From positions 14,670-78,669 of the forward strand of contig DXHZ01000093.1 of the NCBI GenBank assembly GCA_019113145.1: a stretch of 64,000 nt of DNA. The letters run 5' to 3'. Positions within the stretch are counted from its first letter, which is position 1; every line of letters begins with the position of its first letter. Made by a program: the position numbers and the translations under genes. Shown here piece by piece: positions 38,667-48,045 of this stretch. A model generated the notes under the pieces. The model ran no database searches. It had not been told where the DNA came from and was given only the letters and a program-made list of their open reading frames with translations. The DNA is from Candidatus Avanaerovorax faecigallinarum. Its GTDB lineage: Bacteria; Bacillota; Clostridia; Peptostreptococcales; Anaerovoracaceae.

Positions 38667-40131
38667 TATAAAGAATAAAAAACTCACCGACGACGAGTTT
38701 AACAGTATCCGTGAAGAGGTCCTTAAGACCTGGGAAACAGGCGAGGGCGTAAGAGACATAAAGAAGGGCATCGACTATCAGAAGTCTCTTCCTGAAACGA
38801 AGAACTTCTCCGTCAAGCTGAAGAAGGCAAAGGAAGAAAAGGTGACTCTTGTTCAGCCGAGAGCAGGCGTAGGCCTTGTGGAAAACCACATCGAACTTCT
38901 TCAGTACCTGGAAAACGAAGGCGAAGCCGATTTGCTTCCTTCCACCATCGACTCATACACCAGACAGAACCAGTATGAAAACTGCGCGGAAGGTATAAGG
39001 AGAGAGAAGGAGAGCATGGTAGACGGCATGTTCCACCCTTACCTTAATGGATTCCCTGCAGTAAACCACGGCGTTGAAGGATGCAGAAGAGTCATCGAGG
39101 CGACAAAATCCCCTGTACAGGTAAGACACGGCACTCCTGACGCAAGACTTCTGGCCGAGATAACCTACGCAGGCGGATTCACCTCCTACGAAGGCGGCGG
39201 AATCTCCTACAATATCCCTTACGCCAAGAACATTCCTATCGAAAGAACCATAAGAGACTGGCAGTACATAGACAGACTTACGGGAATATACGAGGAAGCG
39301 GGAGCTCACATCAACAGAGAGCCTTACGGACCTCTTACAGGAACTCTGGTTCCGCCTTGTATTTCCCACTCCGTAGCCATCATTGAAGCTCTCCTTGCGG
39401 CGGAGCAGGGCGTAAAGAACATCACCGTAGGTTACGGCCAGCTCGGTAACCAGGTTCAGGACGTTGCAGCCATAAGAACCCTTGAGGAGCTGACCGAGGA
39501 ATACCTCATCAAGTACGGCTACGAGGACGTTACAGTAACCACCGTATTCCACCAGTGGATGGGAGGCTTCCCTGCCGACGAGGCAAAGGCTTTCGGTATG
39601 ATTGCATGGGGAGCAGCCTGCGCCGCGCTTTCCAGCGCTACAAAGGTAATCGTAAAGACTCCTCACGAGGCCGCCGGCGTTCCGACAAAGGAAGCAAACG
39701 GTCAGGGTCTGCGCTGCACAAAGCAGGTTACAAATATGCTGAAGGATCAGACTCTCCAGGGCTCCAGAGTTGAAGCCGAAAAGGAAATCATCAAGGAAGA
39801 GACCAGAAGCATCGTCGACAAGTGCATCGAGCTTGGGTACGGAGACATCGCAGCAGGCGCAGTTGCCGGAATTAACGCTGGTATAATCGATATTCCGTTC
39901 GGACCTGCAAAGTGCAACGCCGGAATTATGCTCCCTGCAAGAGACAACAGCGGAGCGGTAAGAATACTCGAGGTCGGAAACCTGCCGTTCTCCGAGGAAC
40001 TTAAGAACTTCCACAAGGAGAAGCTCGAAGAGAGAGCAAAGGTTGAAAACAGAACAGTATCCTTCCAGATGGTAATCGACGACGTTTACGCAATCAGCAA
40101 GGGCCACCTTGTAGGAAGACCGAGATACTAA
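38653..40131 (+). CDS. glmE: Glutamate mutase epsilon (catalytic) subunit
   Basis: 492 aa. The TIM-barrel subunit pattern is QPRAGVG...[13 protein letters not shown]...[11 protein letters not shown]. Confidence 0.9.
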   Translation: MEFLDIKNKKLTDDEFNSIREEVLKTWETGEGVRDIKKGIDYQKSLPETKNFSVKLKKAKEEKVTLVQPRAGVGLVENHIELLQYLENEGEADLLPSTIDSYTRQNQYENCAEGIRREKESMVDGMFHPYLNGFPAVNHGVEGCRRVIEATKSPVQVRHGTPDARLLAEITYAGGFTSYEGGGISYNIPYAKNIPIERTIRDWQYIDRLTGIYEEAGAHINREPYGPLTGTLVPPCISHSVAIIEALLAAEQGVKNITVGYGQLGNQVQDVAAIRTLEELTEEYLIKYGYEDVTVTTVFHQWMGGFPADEAKAFGMIAWGAACAALSSATKVIVKTPHEAAGVPTKEANGQGLRCTKQVTNMLKDQTLQGSRVEAEKEIIKEETRSIVDKCIELGYGDIAAGAVAGINAGIIDIPFGPAKCNAGIMLPARDNSGAVRILEVGNLPFSEELKNFHKEKLEERAKVENRTVSFQMVIDDVYAISKGHLVGRPRY

Positions 40132-40181
40132 TATAAAACAGATAAGACTAAGGACGAAGAACTTTCAGGAGGTAACTTAAA

Positions 40182-41429
40182 ATGAAAATAGAAAAGGTAG
40201 TGTGCTCCGCAGGACGCACGGGATTCTTCTTTGACGATCAGGAGGCGATCAAAGCCGGCGCAAAGGCTGACGGAGCCGCATACGTGGGACAGGCAATGAC
40301 TCCGGGATTTGAGAAGATAAGACAGGCCGGAGAGTCAATCTCCGTAATGCTCATCTTAGAGGACGGCCAGGTGGCGTACGGCGACTGCGCGGCAGTTCAG
40401 TACTCCGGAGCAGGCGGAAGAGATCCGCTCTTCCTCGCTTCCAACTTCATTCCGGTAATAGAAAAGTATGTTGCGCCTGTTCTTGAGGGCAGAGAGGCTG
40501 ACAACTTCAAGGCTCTCGCCGAAGAGGTGGAGAAAGTTGAGGTTGACGGAAAGAGACTTCACACCGCAATCCGCTACGGAGTTTCCCAGGCAATCCTGGA
40601 CGCCGTTGCAAAGGCTACTAAGAGACTTATGTGCGAGGTTGTTGCAGACGAATACGGAACTAGCGTTTCCGAAAAGCAGATTCCTATCTTCACCCAGTCC
40701 GGCGACAACAGATATGAAAACGCCGACAAGATGATTTTAAAGGGCGCGGCAATCCTGCCTCACGCTCTCATCAACAACGTTGAGACAAAGCTGGGAAGAG
40801 ACGGCTCCATTCTGAGAGAGTACGTTGAGTGGCTGAGAGACAGAATCATAGCTTTAAGACCGACTGAGGACTACGCGCCTGTTATGCACATAGACGTATA
40901 CGGAACCATCGGTCAAGCCTTCGGTAACGAAAACTTCAAGGCTATGGCAGACTACATCGCAACCCTGGAGGAAGCGGCAAAGCCTTTCAAGCTGAGAATC
41001 GAAGGACCTATGGACGCAGGCGAAAGAGAAAAGCAGATGCTCTGCCTGAAGGGTCTGAGAGAGGAAATAGACAGACGCGGAATTAACGTGGAGCTGGTAG
41101 CCGACGAGTGGTGCAACACCCTGGAGGACGTTATCTACTTCTGTGACAACAAGGCGGGACACATGGCTCAGATCAAGACTCCTGACCTTGGAGGAATAAA
41201 CAACACTATCGAGGCGGTTCTCTACTGCAAGAAGAACGGTTTCGGCGCATACCAGGGCGGAACCTGCAACGAAACAGACAGCTCCGCACAGGTCTGCGTA
41301 AACTGCGCAATGGCAACCCAGCCTGACCAGATTCTCGCAAAGCCGGGAATGGGTGTAGATGAAGGCTTCATGATAGTGTATAATGAAATGAACAGAATCA
41401 TAGCACTCCGCGAGGCTAAGAGAAGCTAA
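40182..41429 (+). CDS. mal: Methylaspartate ammonia-lyase
   Basis: 415 aa, enolase-superfamily. MKIEKVVCSAGRTGFFFDDQ... and KTPDLGG... are typical of methylaspartase. Confidence 0.9.
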   Translation: MKIEKVVCSAGRTGFFFDDQEAIKAGAKADGAAYVGQAMTPGFEKIRQAGESISVMLILEDGQVAYGDCAAVQYSGAGGRDPLFLASNFIPVIEKYVAPVLEGREADNFKALAEEVEKVEVDGKRLHTAIRYGVSQAILDAVAKATKRLMCEVVADEYGTSVSEKQIPIFTQSGDNRYENADKMILKGAAILPHALINNVETKLGRDGSILREYVEWLRDRIIALRPTEDYAPVMHIDVYGTIGQAFGNENFKAMADYIATLEEAAKPFKLRIEGPMDAGEREKQMLCLKGLREEIDRRGINVELVADEWCNTLEDVIYFCDNKAGHMAQIKTPDLGGINNTIEAVLYCKKNGFGAYQGGTCNETDSSAQVCVNCAMATQPDQILAKPGMGVDEGFMIVYNEMNRIIALREAKRS

Positions 41430-41514
41430 GAAAGAAATATATGCCATGCATACGGGGCGCGCCGGAGTTTAAAACGGCGTGCCTCTTATGGCATCTGCGG
41501 AACAGGAGAAATAT

Positions 41515-42489
41515 ATGTCATACATAAGAAATCTGTACAGCATCTATTTTGCGCCGAGAGGCAACGTGAGAATGGGCGAGCTGGGAATGCAGATAGCCCA
41601 GCAGTACTTAAGACCTATGGACAATCTCATCGGCATAGTGGGAGAGGCCGGCTCGGGAAAGAGCATGATGGTGAAGGGAATGTTTCCGGGTCTTGAGCTT
41701 ACCAACGACGACGAGGGAGTGAACATAAGGCCGCTGCCCCTTCTGGAGCTGGTGGACGATCCCCTTGCCATGATAAAGAAGAGCGGAATGTCACTCTTTG
41801 CGACCCCTCACACCTATCACATCGACATAAGGTTCGAGCAGGGCTTCACACCTCTGCCAAAGCTTGCGGAGGCCATAACCACGGCCCTGGACAAGGGCAA
41901 GAGAGTGGTGGTAGAGCACTTTGACCTCGTATATCCTTTCCTTAAAACGCCCCAGAGCGAGAACCGCCCTATCAATGCGGATCTTATCATAGGAATAGGT
42001 GAAGAGGTTATCGTAACCAGACCTGACCTCTTTGGCCCCGTGCCTCAGGACATATACAACATAGTGAGCAAGTCCATAAAGTACAGAAAGATGGTTCACT
42101 CCGCCGAGGACATAACGTGCTACTTCCTGTCCCACGGACTGCCTAAGAACTACGAGCACGCCGACATCAAGCACGGGTTCCTCCTCTGCTTCAAGGAAAA
42201 GCCTATGGTTTCTCTGGAGATGCTGGAGAAGAAGGTAAATGCGGTTATCGAGGAAAACCTTCCTATATCCTTCTACGACGACGACCACATAACCATCGGC
42301 GACAACATCGTTACCTGCGCGGCTCCGAGAAACCACGTGAAGAGCACCGGGGAAATCGAGGATTTCAAGCTTATAAAGGAGATACCTTACGATCCGGTGA
42401 GAAAGTGCTATCTGGTCGTAGGCATGGTAGGACAGAAGGAAGCGCCTAAAATCGGCGAGGATATAGATAAGATAGAGAGAGTATATTAG
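41515..42489 (+). CDS. Uncharacterised P-loop NTPase/kinase-like protein embedded in the glutamate fermentation cluster
   Basis: AGGAG lies 7 nt upstream of the ATG at 41515. Walker A is IGIVGEAGSGKS. The Walker B candidate is RVVVEHFD. I cannot assign a family. Confidence 0.6.
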   Translation: MSYIRNLYSIYFAPRGNVRMGELGMQIAQQYLRPMDNLIGIVGEAGSGKSMMVKGMFPGLELTNDDEGVNIRPLPLLELVDDPLAMIKKSGMSLFATPHTYHIDIRFEQGFTPLPKLAEAITTALDKGKRVVVEHFDLVYPFLKTPQSENRPINADLIIGIGEEVIVTRPDLFGPVPQDIYNIVSKSIKYRKMVHSAEDITCYFLSHGLPKNYEHADIKHGFLLCFKEKPMVSLEMLEKKVNAVIEENLPISFYDDDHITIGDNIVTCAAPRNHVKSTGEIEDFKLIKEIPYDPVRKCYLVVGMVGQKEAPKIGEDIDKIERVY

Positions 42490-42510
42490 TATAAACAGGA
42501 GGCGTCAAAA

Positions 42511-42777
42511 ATGGAAATTAAAAAGACTGCCACTGCGGGAACGCTGGAATCCAGCGACGCTTACGTGGTGGCTGAGCCTTTTGACACGCTTGAGGTGGAT
42601 CTTACCTCGGTGGTATACGAACAGTTTAAGGACGAGATTATAAGTCAGGTGAAGGCCGTGACAGATGCCCTGGGGGTATCAAAGGCCAAAATCACCATAA
42701 ACGACAGAGGAGCCGTTGACTGCGTCATAAGAGCGAGAGTCGAGACGGCCCTTAAGAGAGCGGGAGGTGAAATGTAA
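42511..42777 (+). CDS. citD: Citrate/citramalate lyase acyl carrier protein (gamma subunit)
   Basis: 88 aa. AGTLESSD carries the prosthetic-group serine context. Confidence 0.85.
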   Translation: MEIKKTATAGTLESSDAYVVAEPFDTLEVDLTSVVYEQFKDEIISQVKAVTDALGVSKAKITINDRGAVDCVIRARVETALKRAGGEM

Positions 42778-43652
42778 TGAGAAGGACTATGCTTTTTGTT
42801 CCGGGAAATTCGCCTAACCTGCTCATGAACTTTGACATACTGGGAGCCGACAGCGTCATACTGGACCTTGAGGACGCCGTATCCCCTGCCGAAAAGGACT
42901 CCGCAAGGATTCTCGTGAGAAGCATGCTGGAAACCATGGGAGATACGGGCTGCGAGGTCATCGTGAGAATAAATCCGGTGGACACCGACTTCTGGAAGGA
43001 GGACCTGAGAGAAGTCGTTAAGTGCCGTCCGTCCATGATTATGCCGACAAAGGTGGGCGGACCGGAAACCGTAAAGCAGGTGGCGGATTACATCGGCGAC
43101 CTTGAAAAGGAATACGGAATTCCCGAGGGAACGGTGGGAATCATTCCTCTCATAGAGACCGCCCTCGGCGTTGAAAACGCCTTTGCCATAGCGGGAGCGG
43201 ACAAGAGAGTGAGAGCCATGCTTTTAGGCGGCGAGGACCTTACTGCCGACCTGAGATGCAAGCGCACGAAGGAAGGGAACGAGATATTCTACGCTCGCAG
43301 CAGAATGGTCTGCGCGGCGAGAGCCTGCGGAATAGACGTGTACGACACGCCGTTTACCGACGTAAACGATATGGAGGGACTGAGAAAGGACGCAGAGCTT
43401 GCGAAGAGCCTTGGCTTTTCCGGAAAGTCCTCGATTTCTCCGGGACACGTTGCCGCTATAAACGAGATATTCAGCCCTACTCAGGAGGAGATAGACTACG
43501 CCCACGAGGTTATGGACACCATCGAGGAGGCCAAGCGCCAGGGCAAAGGTGTAGTCGCTCTCAGGGGCAAGATGATAGACGCGCCTATAGTTAACAGGGC
43601 AAAACAGGTAATTGAAATGGAAGAAGCAATGTTTGGAGGCGTAAGACAGTGA
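42777..43652 (+). CDS. citE: Citrate/citramalate lyase beta subunit (citryl-CoA lyase family)
   Basis: RRTMLFVPGNSP...DSVILDLEDAV...IETALGVENA matches the HpcH/CitE family. Confidence 0.9.
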   Translation: MRRTMLFVPGNSPNLLMNFDILGADSVILDLEDAVSPAEKDSARILVRSMLETMGDTGCEVIVRINPVDTDFWKEDLREVVKCRPSMIMPTKVGGPETVKQVADYIGDLEKEYGIPEGTVGIIPLIETALGVENAFAIAGADKRVRAMLLGGEDLTADLRCKRTKEGNEIFYARSRMVCAARACGIDVYDTPFTDVNDMEGLRKDAELAKSLGFSGKSSISPGHVAAINEIFSPTQEEIDYAHEVMDTIEEAKRQGKGVVALRGKMIDAPIVNRAKQVIEMEEAMFGGVRQ

Positions 43653-45067
43653 GCAAGTTGATTTCATCTATAAAAGAGGCCGTCGAGCTTTGCGGGATCA
43701 AAGACGGCATGACCGTGTCCTTTCATCATCACATGAGAAACGGCGACAAAGTCCTCAACATGGTGATGGAGGTCATCGCAGAAAAAGGAATTAAGAATAT
43801 AACCGTAAACGCCAGCTCCATATTCGACTGCCACGAGCCCCTCATCGGCTACATGAAGGACGGCGTCGTTACGGGCATAGAGTGCGGATACATGGGCGCC
43901 AAAGTGGGCAGAGCCGTTTCAAGGGGAATGCTTAAGAACCCTGCGGTTTTCAGAACTCACGGCGGCAGAGCTTCCGACATGATAAAGGGAACGTCCCACG
44001 TTGACGTGGCCTTTGTGGCGGCTCCTTCCGCAGACTGCATGGGAAACTGCACGGGAAAGTACGGAAAATCCGCCTGCGGCTCCATGGGTTACGCCTTTGC
44101 CGATGCCCAGACCGCAGACAAGGTAGTGGTAATAACGGACAACCTCAGACCTTACCCTCTTCCGGGATTCTCCATTCCGGAGGTCTATGTGGACTACGTG
44201 GTAGAGGTTGACGAAATAGGCGACCCTAAGGGAATCGTTTCGGGAACCACCCAGATAACAAGAGACCCGGTAGGCCTGAGAATCGCCCAGTATGCAGCCG
44301 AGGTAATAGAGGCCTCAGGACTTCTTAAAGACGGATTCTCCTTCCAGACGGGAGCAGGCGGCGCGACTCTTGCGGCGGCAAAGTACGTAAAGGAAAAGAT
44401 GCTGGCAGGCGGAATCAAAGGCAGCTTCGGCATGGGCGGAATCACCGGATACATGGTCGACATGCTGAACGAAGGCTGCTTTGAGTCCCTTATAGACGTT
44501 CAGTGCTTTGACCTTAAGGCCATAGATTCCATAAACAACGATCCTCGCCACATGGAGGTCAGCGCAGAGCAGTACGCAGGCGTAAGCGGAAGAAGCGCCG
44601 CTGTTGACAGTCTGGACGTGGTTCTTCTCGGCGCGACCCAGGTGGACACTGACTTCAACGTAAACGTTCACACCGATTCTAACGGCTACATCATGGGAGG
44701 CTCAGGAGGTCACAGCGATACGGCTGCAGGGGCAAAGCTTGCAATAATCCTTGCGCCGCTGGTAAGGGCAAGACTTCCGCTTATAACGGACAGATGCCAC
44801 TGCATATCCACGCCGGGAAGCACCGTCGACGTGGTGGTAACCCAGAGAGGGATCGCAGTGAATACTTCCATAGAGAAAAACCGTCAGCTGGAGGAGGCTC
44901 TCAAGGCTAAAGGACTTCCTGTAGTCGACATTAAAGAACTCAAGGCCATCGGTGAGAAAATAACTGGCGTGCCTAAGCCGATAAAGCAGGGAGACAAGGT
45001 CATCGCAAAGGTTCTCTACAGGGACGGAACACTTCTCGATGAGATTCATCAGGTAGCGGGAGAATAG
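43649..45067 (+). CDS. citF: Citrate/citramalate lyase alpha subunit (CoA transferase)
   Basis: GTG start overlapping the citE stop. 472 aa with the CitF-type pattern (SFHHHMRNGD..., FQTGAGGATLA, GGHSDTAAGAK). Confidence 0.86.
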   Translation: MSKLISSIKEAVELCGIKDGMTVSFHHHMRNGDKVLNMVMEVIAEKGIKNITVNASSIFDCHEPLIGYMKDGVVTGIECGYMGAKVGRAVSRGMLKNPAVFRTHGGRASDMIKGTSHVDVAFVAAPSADCMGNCTGKYGKSACGSMGYAFADAQTADKVVVITDNLRPYPLPGFSIPEVYVDYVVEVDEIGDPKGIVSGTTQITRDPVGLRIAQYAAEVIEASGLLKDGFSFQTGAGGATLAAAKYVKEKMLAGGIKGSFGMGGITGYMVDMLNEGCFESLIDVQCFDLKAIDSINNDPRHMEVSAEQYAGVSGRSAAVDSLDVVLLGATQVDTDFNVNVHTDSNGYIMGGSGGHSDTAAGAKLAIILAPLVRARLPLITDRCHCISTPGSTVDVVVTQRGIAVNTSIEKNRQLEEALKAKGLPVVDIKELKAIGEKITGVPKPIKQGDKVIAKVLYRDGTLLDEIHQVAGE

Positions 45068-45069
45068 GA

Positions 45070-46095
45070 ATGGCTTACGGACAGCTTTACGAGGAGACAG
45101 GCGCTCCTTTTAAAGGACGTAAAAGAGAAAAACTGGTATCCTTTCTTTCGGATTCCGGCCTCGATTACGACGACACCGTGGATTATTCCGTCATGCTCTG
45201 CGAGGACGACGGAACCCCTGCGGCTGCGGGCTCCCTTTCGGGAAAGGTGATAAAATGCATTGCCGTGGCCCAAAGCCACCGGGGCGAAAACCTGACGGCG
45301 AGGGTCATATCGCTTATTACCGATGAAGCCGTCCGCCGGGGAATAACCCACCTGTTTCTCTACACGAAGCCGGAAAACATCGCCCAGTTTTCGGGTGTGT
45401 CCTTTTACCCCGTACTTCGGACAAAGGACGTGCTCTTCATGGAAAACAAAAAAGGCGGCATCGCCGGGTTCGTGGAGAATTTAAAGACCGAAACTGCGGA
45501 GAAGTTTTCGGAGTTTCAGGCGGCGAAGAGAACCGGAGCAATAGTCGCCAACTGCAACCCCTTCACCCTCGGACACAGGTACCTTATAGAAAAAGCGGCG
45601 GCGGAATGCGACATTCTTCACGTTTTTGTGGTATCCGAAGATGCAAGCCTTTTCACCAGCGAGGAAAGATATGTGACGGTGAAAGCCGGAGTTTCCGACA
45701 TTGAGAACGTCATCGTGCACAGGTCAGGGGACTACATGATTTCCCGGGCGGTTTTCCCGACGTATTTTCTAAAAGACAAAACCCGCGCGGACGATATCAG
45801 CTGCGAGCTGGATCTTCGGATATTCGGCGAGTATCTGGCGGGGCCTCTGGGAATAGACGTGCGGTTCGTGGGAACGGAGCCCTTTTCTCCTGTGACCGCC
45901 GCATACAACGAGGCCATGAAGAGGATTCTGCCTGAATACGGAGTGAAGGTTACCGAGCTTGAAAGAGTAACGGACGGCGACGGCAAGGCCATAAGCGCGT
46001 CGAGAGTGCGCCGGCTTCTTGCTTCGGGAAAAACCGGCGAGGCTCTTGCTCTTGTTCCGGACGTGACAAAATCTTTGATAAAGGAAAAGTTTTAA
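45070..46095 (+). CDS. citC: [Citrate (pro-3S)-lyase] ligase family protein
   Basis: N-terminal GNAT-like domain plus a nucleotidyltransferase domain (IVANCNPFTLGHRYLIE). Confidence 0.86.
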   Translation: MAYGQLYEETGAPFKGRKREKLVSFLSDSGLDYDDTVDYSVMLCEDDGTPAAAGSLSGKVIKCIAVAQSHRGENLTARVISLITDEAVRRGITHLFLYTKPENIAQFSGVSFYPVLRTKDVLFMENKKGGIAGFVENLKTETAEKFSEFQAAKRTGAIVANCNPFTLGHRYLIEKAAAECDILHVFVVSEDASLFTSEERYVTVKAGVSDIENVIVHRSGDYMISRAVFPTYFLKDKTRADDISCELDLRIFGEYLAGPLGIDVRFVGTEPFSPVTAAYNEAMKRILPEYGVKVTELERVTDGDGKAISASRVRRLLASGKTGEALALVPDVTKSLIKEKF

Positions 46096-47643
46096 ATGAG
46101 AGAAAAGGCTTTAAAGGCGCTGACAAAGGCCGCAGCGGACGGGATAGGAAAAATGTACGACGAAGGCAGATGCGCCGCTCTTTCCGAAATACTGGACGCC
46201 AGAGAAGCGAGAGCCGAGAGGCAGCAGGCTTTCATCGAGTCGGAGCGGCGGCAGTCCACAGCGTTGCAGCAGTTAGATGAGTCGCAGCAGTCCGGAAGTT
46301 GGCGGCAGTTTAGCGGCCCGCAGCAGTCCGGCAGCCTGCGGCAGTTTGCAGGCTCGCAAAAGCCGGAAGCGTTTTCACTCATCAGCTTTACATTAAACAT
46401 CGCGGGAGCAGTCAAAAGCTGCTCCCTGTTTTCGTGGGCATTTGACAGGGGCGTTGAGGTAATTGCCGAATCCCTTGCGGCAGCCGGAATTGAAACCGGA
46501 AAAGTAGAAATTACGGAGGGAATTGCAGGCTGCGAGTACACGGCGATTGCGTATGCAGAACCCGAAAGAGTAAAGCTCATAACCGCCGAAACAGAGGAGC
46601 TTCACCCGCTTGGGAGGATTTTCGATATAGATGTGATAAGACCTGACGGCGCAAAAGTCTCGAGAACGGATTTGGGCGCGACCGGCCGCACATGCATACT
46701 TTGCGGTAAACCAGTGTTTATATGCGGGCGGAGCAGAGCCCATTCCACCGAAGAGGTGCTCGAAAAGCAGATAGAGATAATGGCATCGGCCCGGGCAGAT
46801 GAGACGGCGCGCCGGATTTCCGGGCAGGCGGTAGATTCTCTTCTTGCGGAAGTCCACGTCGGCCCGAAGCCGGGCCTCGTGGACAGGTTCAACTCGGGAG
46901 CCCACAGGGATATGGACGAAAGCACTTTCATAAAGAGCGCCGAGTCGCTCCGCGGCTACTTCACGGACTGCGCATATGCGGGAATATATCTGGGCCTGAC
47001 GGGAGATGAAAGCATAACGGACAGCCTTGTCAGCCTCGGCAAAGAGGCTGAAAAGACCATGTTCGCCGCAACGGGCGGAATAAACACCCACAAAGGCGCT
47101 ATTTTCTCCATGGGCATTTTCGCCTGCGCCGCCGGAATGAGCGAGGCCGCAGAGGTGAGCCGGGGTGCTGAGTCGAGTAATACCCCGGGGAGCAGTTTCA
47201 GAGAAAACGTTTTGCATCTCGGTAAAATTCTGTCCGCCAAAACCGTCAGCACGCATACTGCCGGAAGCCGCGTAAAGAACGAATACGGAATCAGCGGCAT
47301 CAGAGGCGAAGCGGCGGCAGGTTATTCGACGGTTTTTGATACGGGTCTGGTCGTTTTAAAGGCGGAGCTTGCAGCAGGCGACGCGGAAGCCGCCGCGCTG
47401 AAGGCTTTGGCCGCAATAATCGCCGAAGCGGAAGACACCAACGTCATCGCCCGGGGCGGCACTGAGGCGGCAAAGTGGCTTAAATCCGAAGCTGCCGGCA
47501 TTTTGAAAAAATCCGGGGCTGCAGGCTTTGACGTAAGAGAGGCCCTTGCAGACCTCGACAAAGGGTGCATAGAGAAAAACATAAGCCCGGGCGGCAGCGC
47601 AGACCTTCTCGGACTGTGCCTGTTTGCGTCAGGGCGTGGCTGA
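46096..47643 (+). CDS. citG: Fused CitX (holo-ACP synthase) / CitG (triphosphoribosyl-dephospho-CoA synthase)
   Basis: The N-terminal half matches CitX (HPLGRIFDIDVI...CILCG). The C-terminal half matches CitG (KPGLVDRFNSGAHRDMD..., GINTHKGAIFS, ISPGGSADLL). Confidence 0.83.
   Translation: MREKALKALTKAAADGIGKMYDEGRCAALSEILDAREARAERQQAFIESERRQSTALQQLDESQQSGSWRQFSGPQQSGSLRQFAGSQKPEAFSLISFTLNIAGAVKSCSLFSWAFDRGVEVIAESLAAAGIETGKVEITEGIAGCEYTAIAYAEPERVKLITAETEELHPLGRIFDIDVIRPDGAKVSRTDLGATGRTCILCGKPVFICGRSRAHSTEEVLEKQIEIMASARADETARRISGQAVDSLLAEVHVGPKPGLVDRFNSGAHRDMDESTFIKSAESLRGYFTDCAYAGIYLGLTGDESITDSLVSLGKEAEKTMFAATGGINTHKGAIFSMGIFACAAGMSEAAEVSRGAESSNTPGSSFRENVLHLGKILSAKTVSTHTAGSRVKNEYGISGIRGEAAAGYSTVFDTGLVVLKAELAAGDAEAAALKALAAIIAEAEDTNVIARGGTEAAKWLKSEAAGILKKSGAAGFDVREALADLDKGCIEKNISPGGSADLLGLCLFASGRG
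46283..46353 (+). repeat. 36-bp in-frame tandem duplication inside the CitX half
   Basis: CGCAGCAGTCCGGAAGTTGGCGGCAGTTTAGCGGC (46283-46317) and CGCAGCAGTCCGGCAGCCTGCGGCAGTTTGCAGGC (46319-46353), encoding QQSGSWRQFSGP / QQSGSLRQFAGS. Confidence 0.8.
47588..47624 (+). repeat. 37-bp direct repeat, left copy (functional 3' end of citXG)
   Basis: CGGGCGGCAGCGCAGACCTTCTCGGACTGTGCCTGTT matches 50515-50551 at 36 of 37 positions. Confidence 0.9.
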
Positions 47644-47960
47644 GTTCATTGAGTTTGCCAAAAAGCGTTTTTCTAAAACCCTCTGGCAAAAAAGTTTGCC
47701 AAAAATCATGATGCGCTTAGGTTTGTAGGCAAACTTTTCATGAAGAGAACCCCAAAATCTTCGATATACAGGCTGCTGACTGTAGACTAAGGCCGAAATT
47801 AAACGAGAAATTACATATCGCAGTGGTTTTTAAGGCGTATAACGGCTAAAAGTTTGCCACAGAAGCTGTGGTAAGCAGTGAAATGGCAAACTCAGTTTTC
47901 CATAGAAGCTGTGCAGGCATGTAAATGGCAAACCCTGTTTGCCGAGGCATGAGTATAAGC
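47644..47960. repeat. Intergenic hairpin-word array (word GTTTGCC/GGCAAAC)
   Basis: AAGTTTGCC (47692-47700) pairs with GGCAAACTT (47728-47736). AGTTTGCCA (47851-47859) pairs with TGGCAAACT (47884-47892). GGCAAAC pairs with GTTTGCC (47927-47943). A/T runs are adjacent. Confidence 0.6.
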
Positions 47961-48045
47961 TGCACTCGAGGATAACTCCTCCTGCAATGCTTACATAATT
48001 TCAAATAGCCAATCCCATATCCAATTACGCCATGTATAGGAATAA

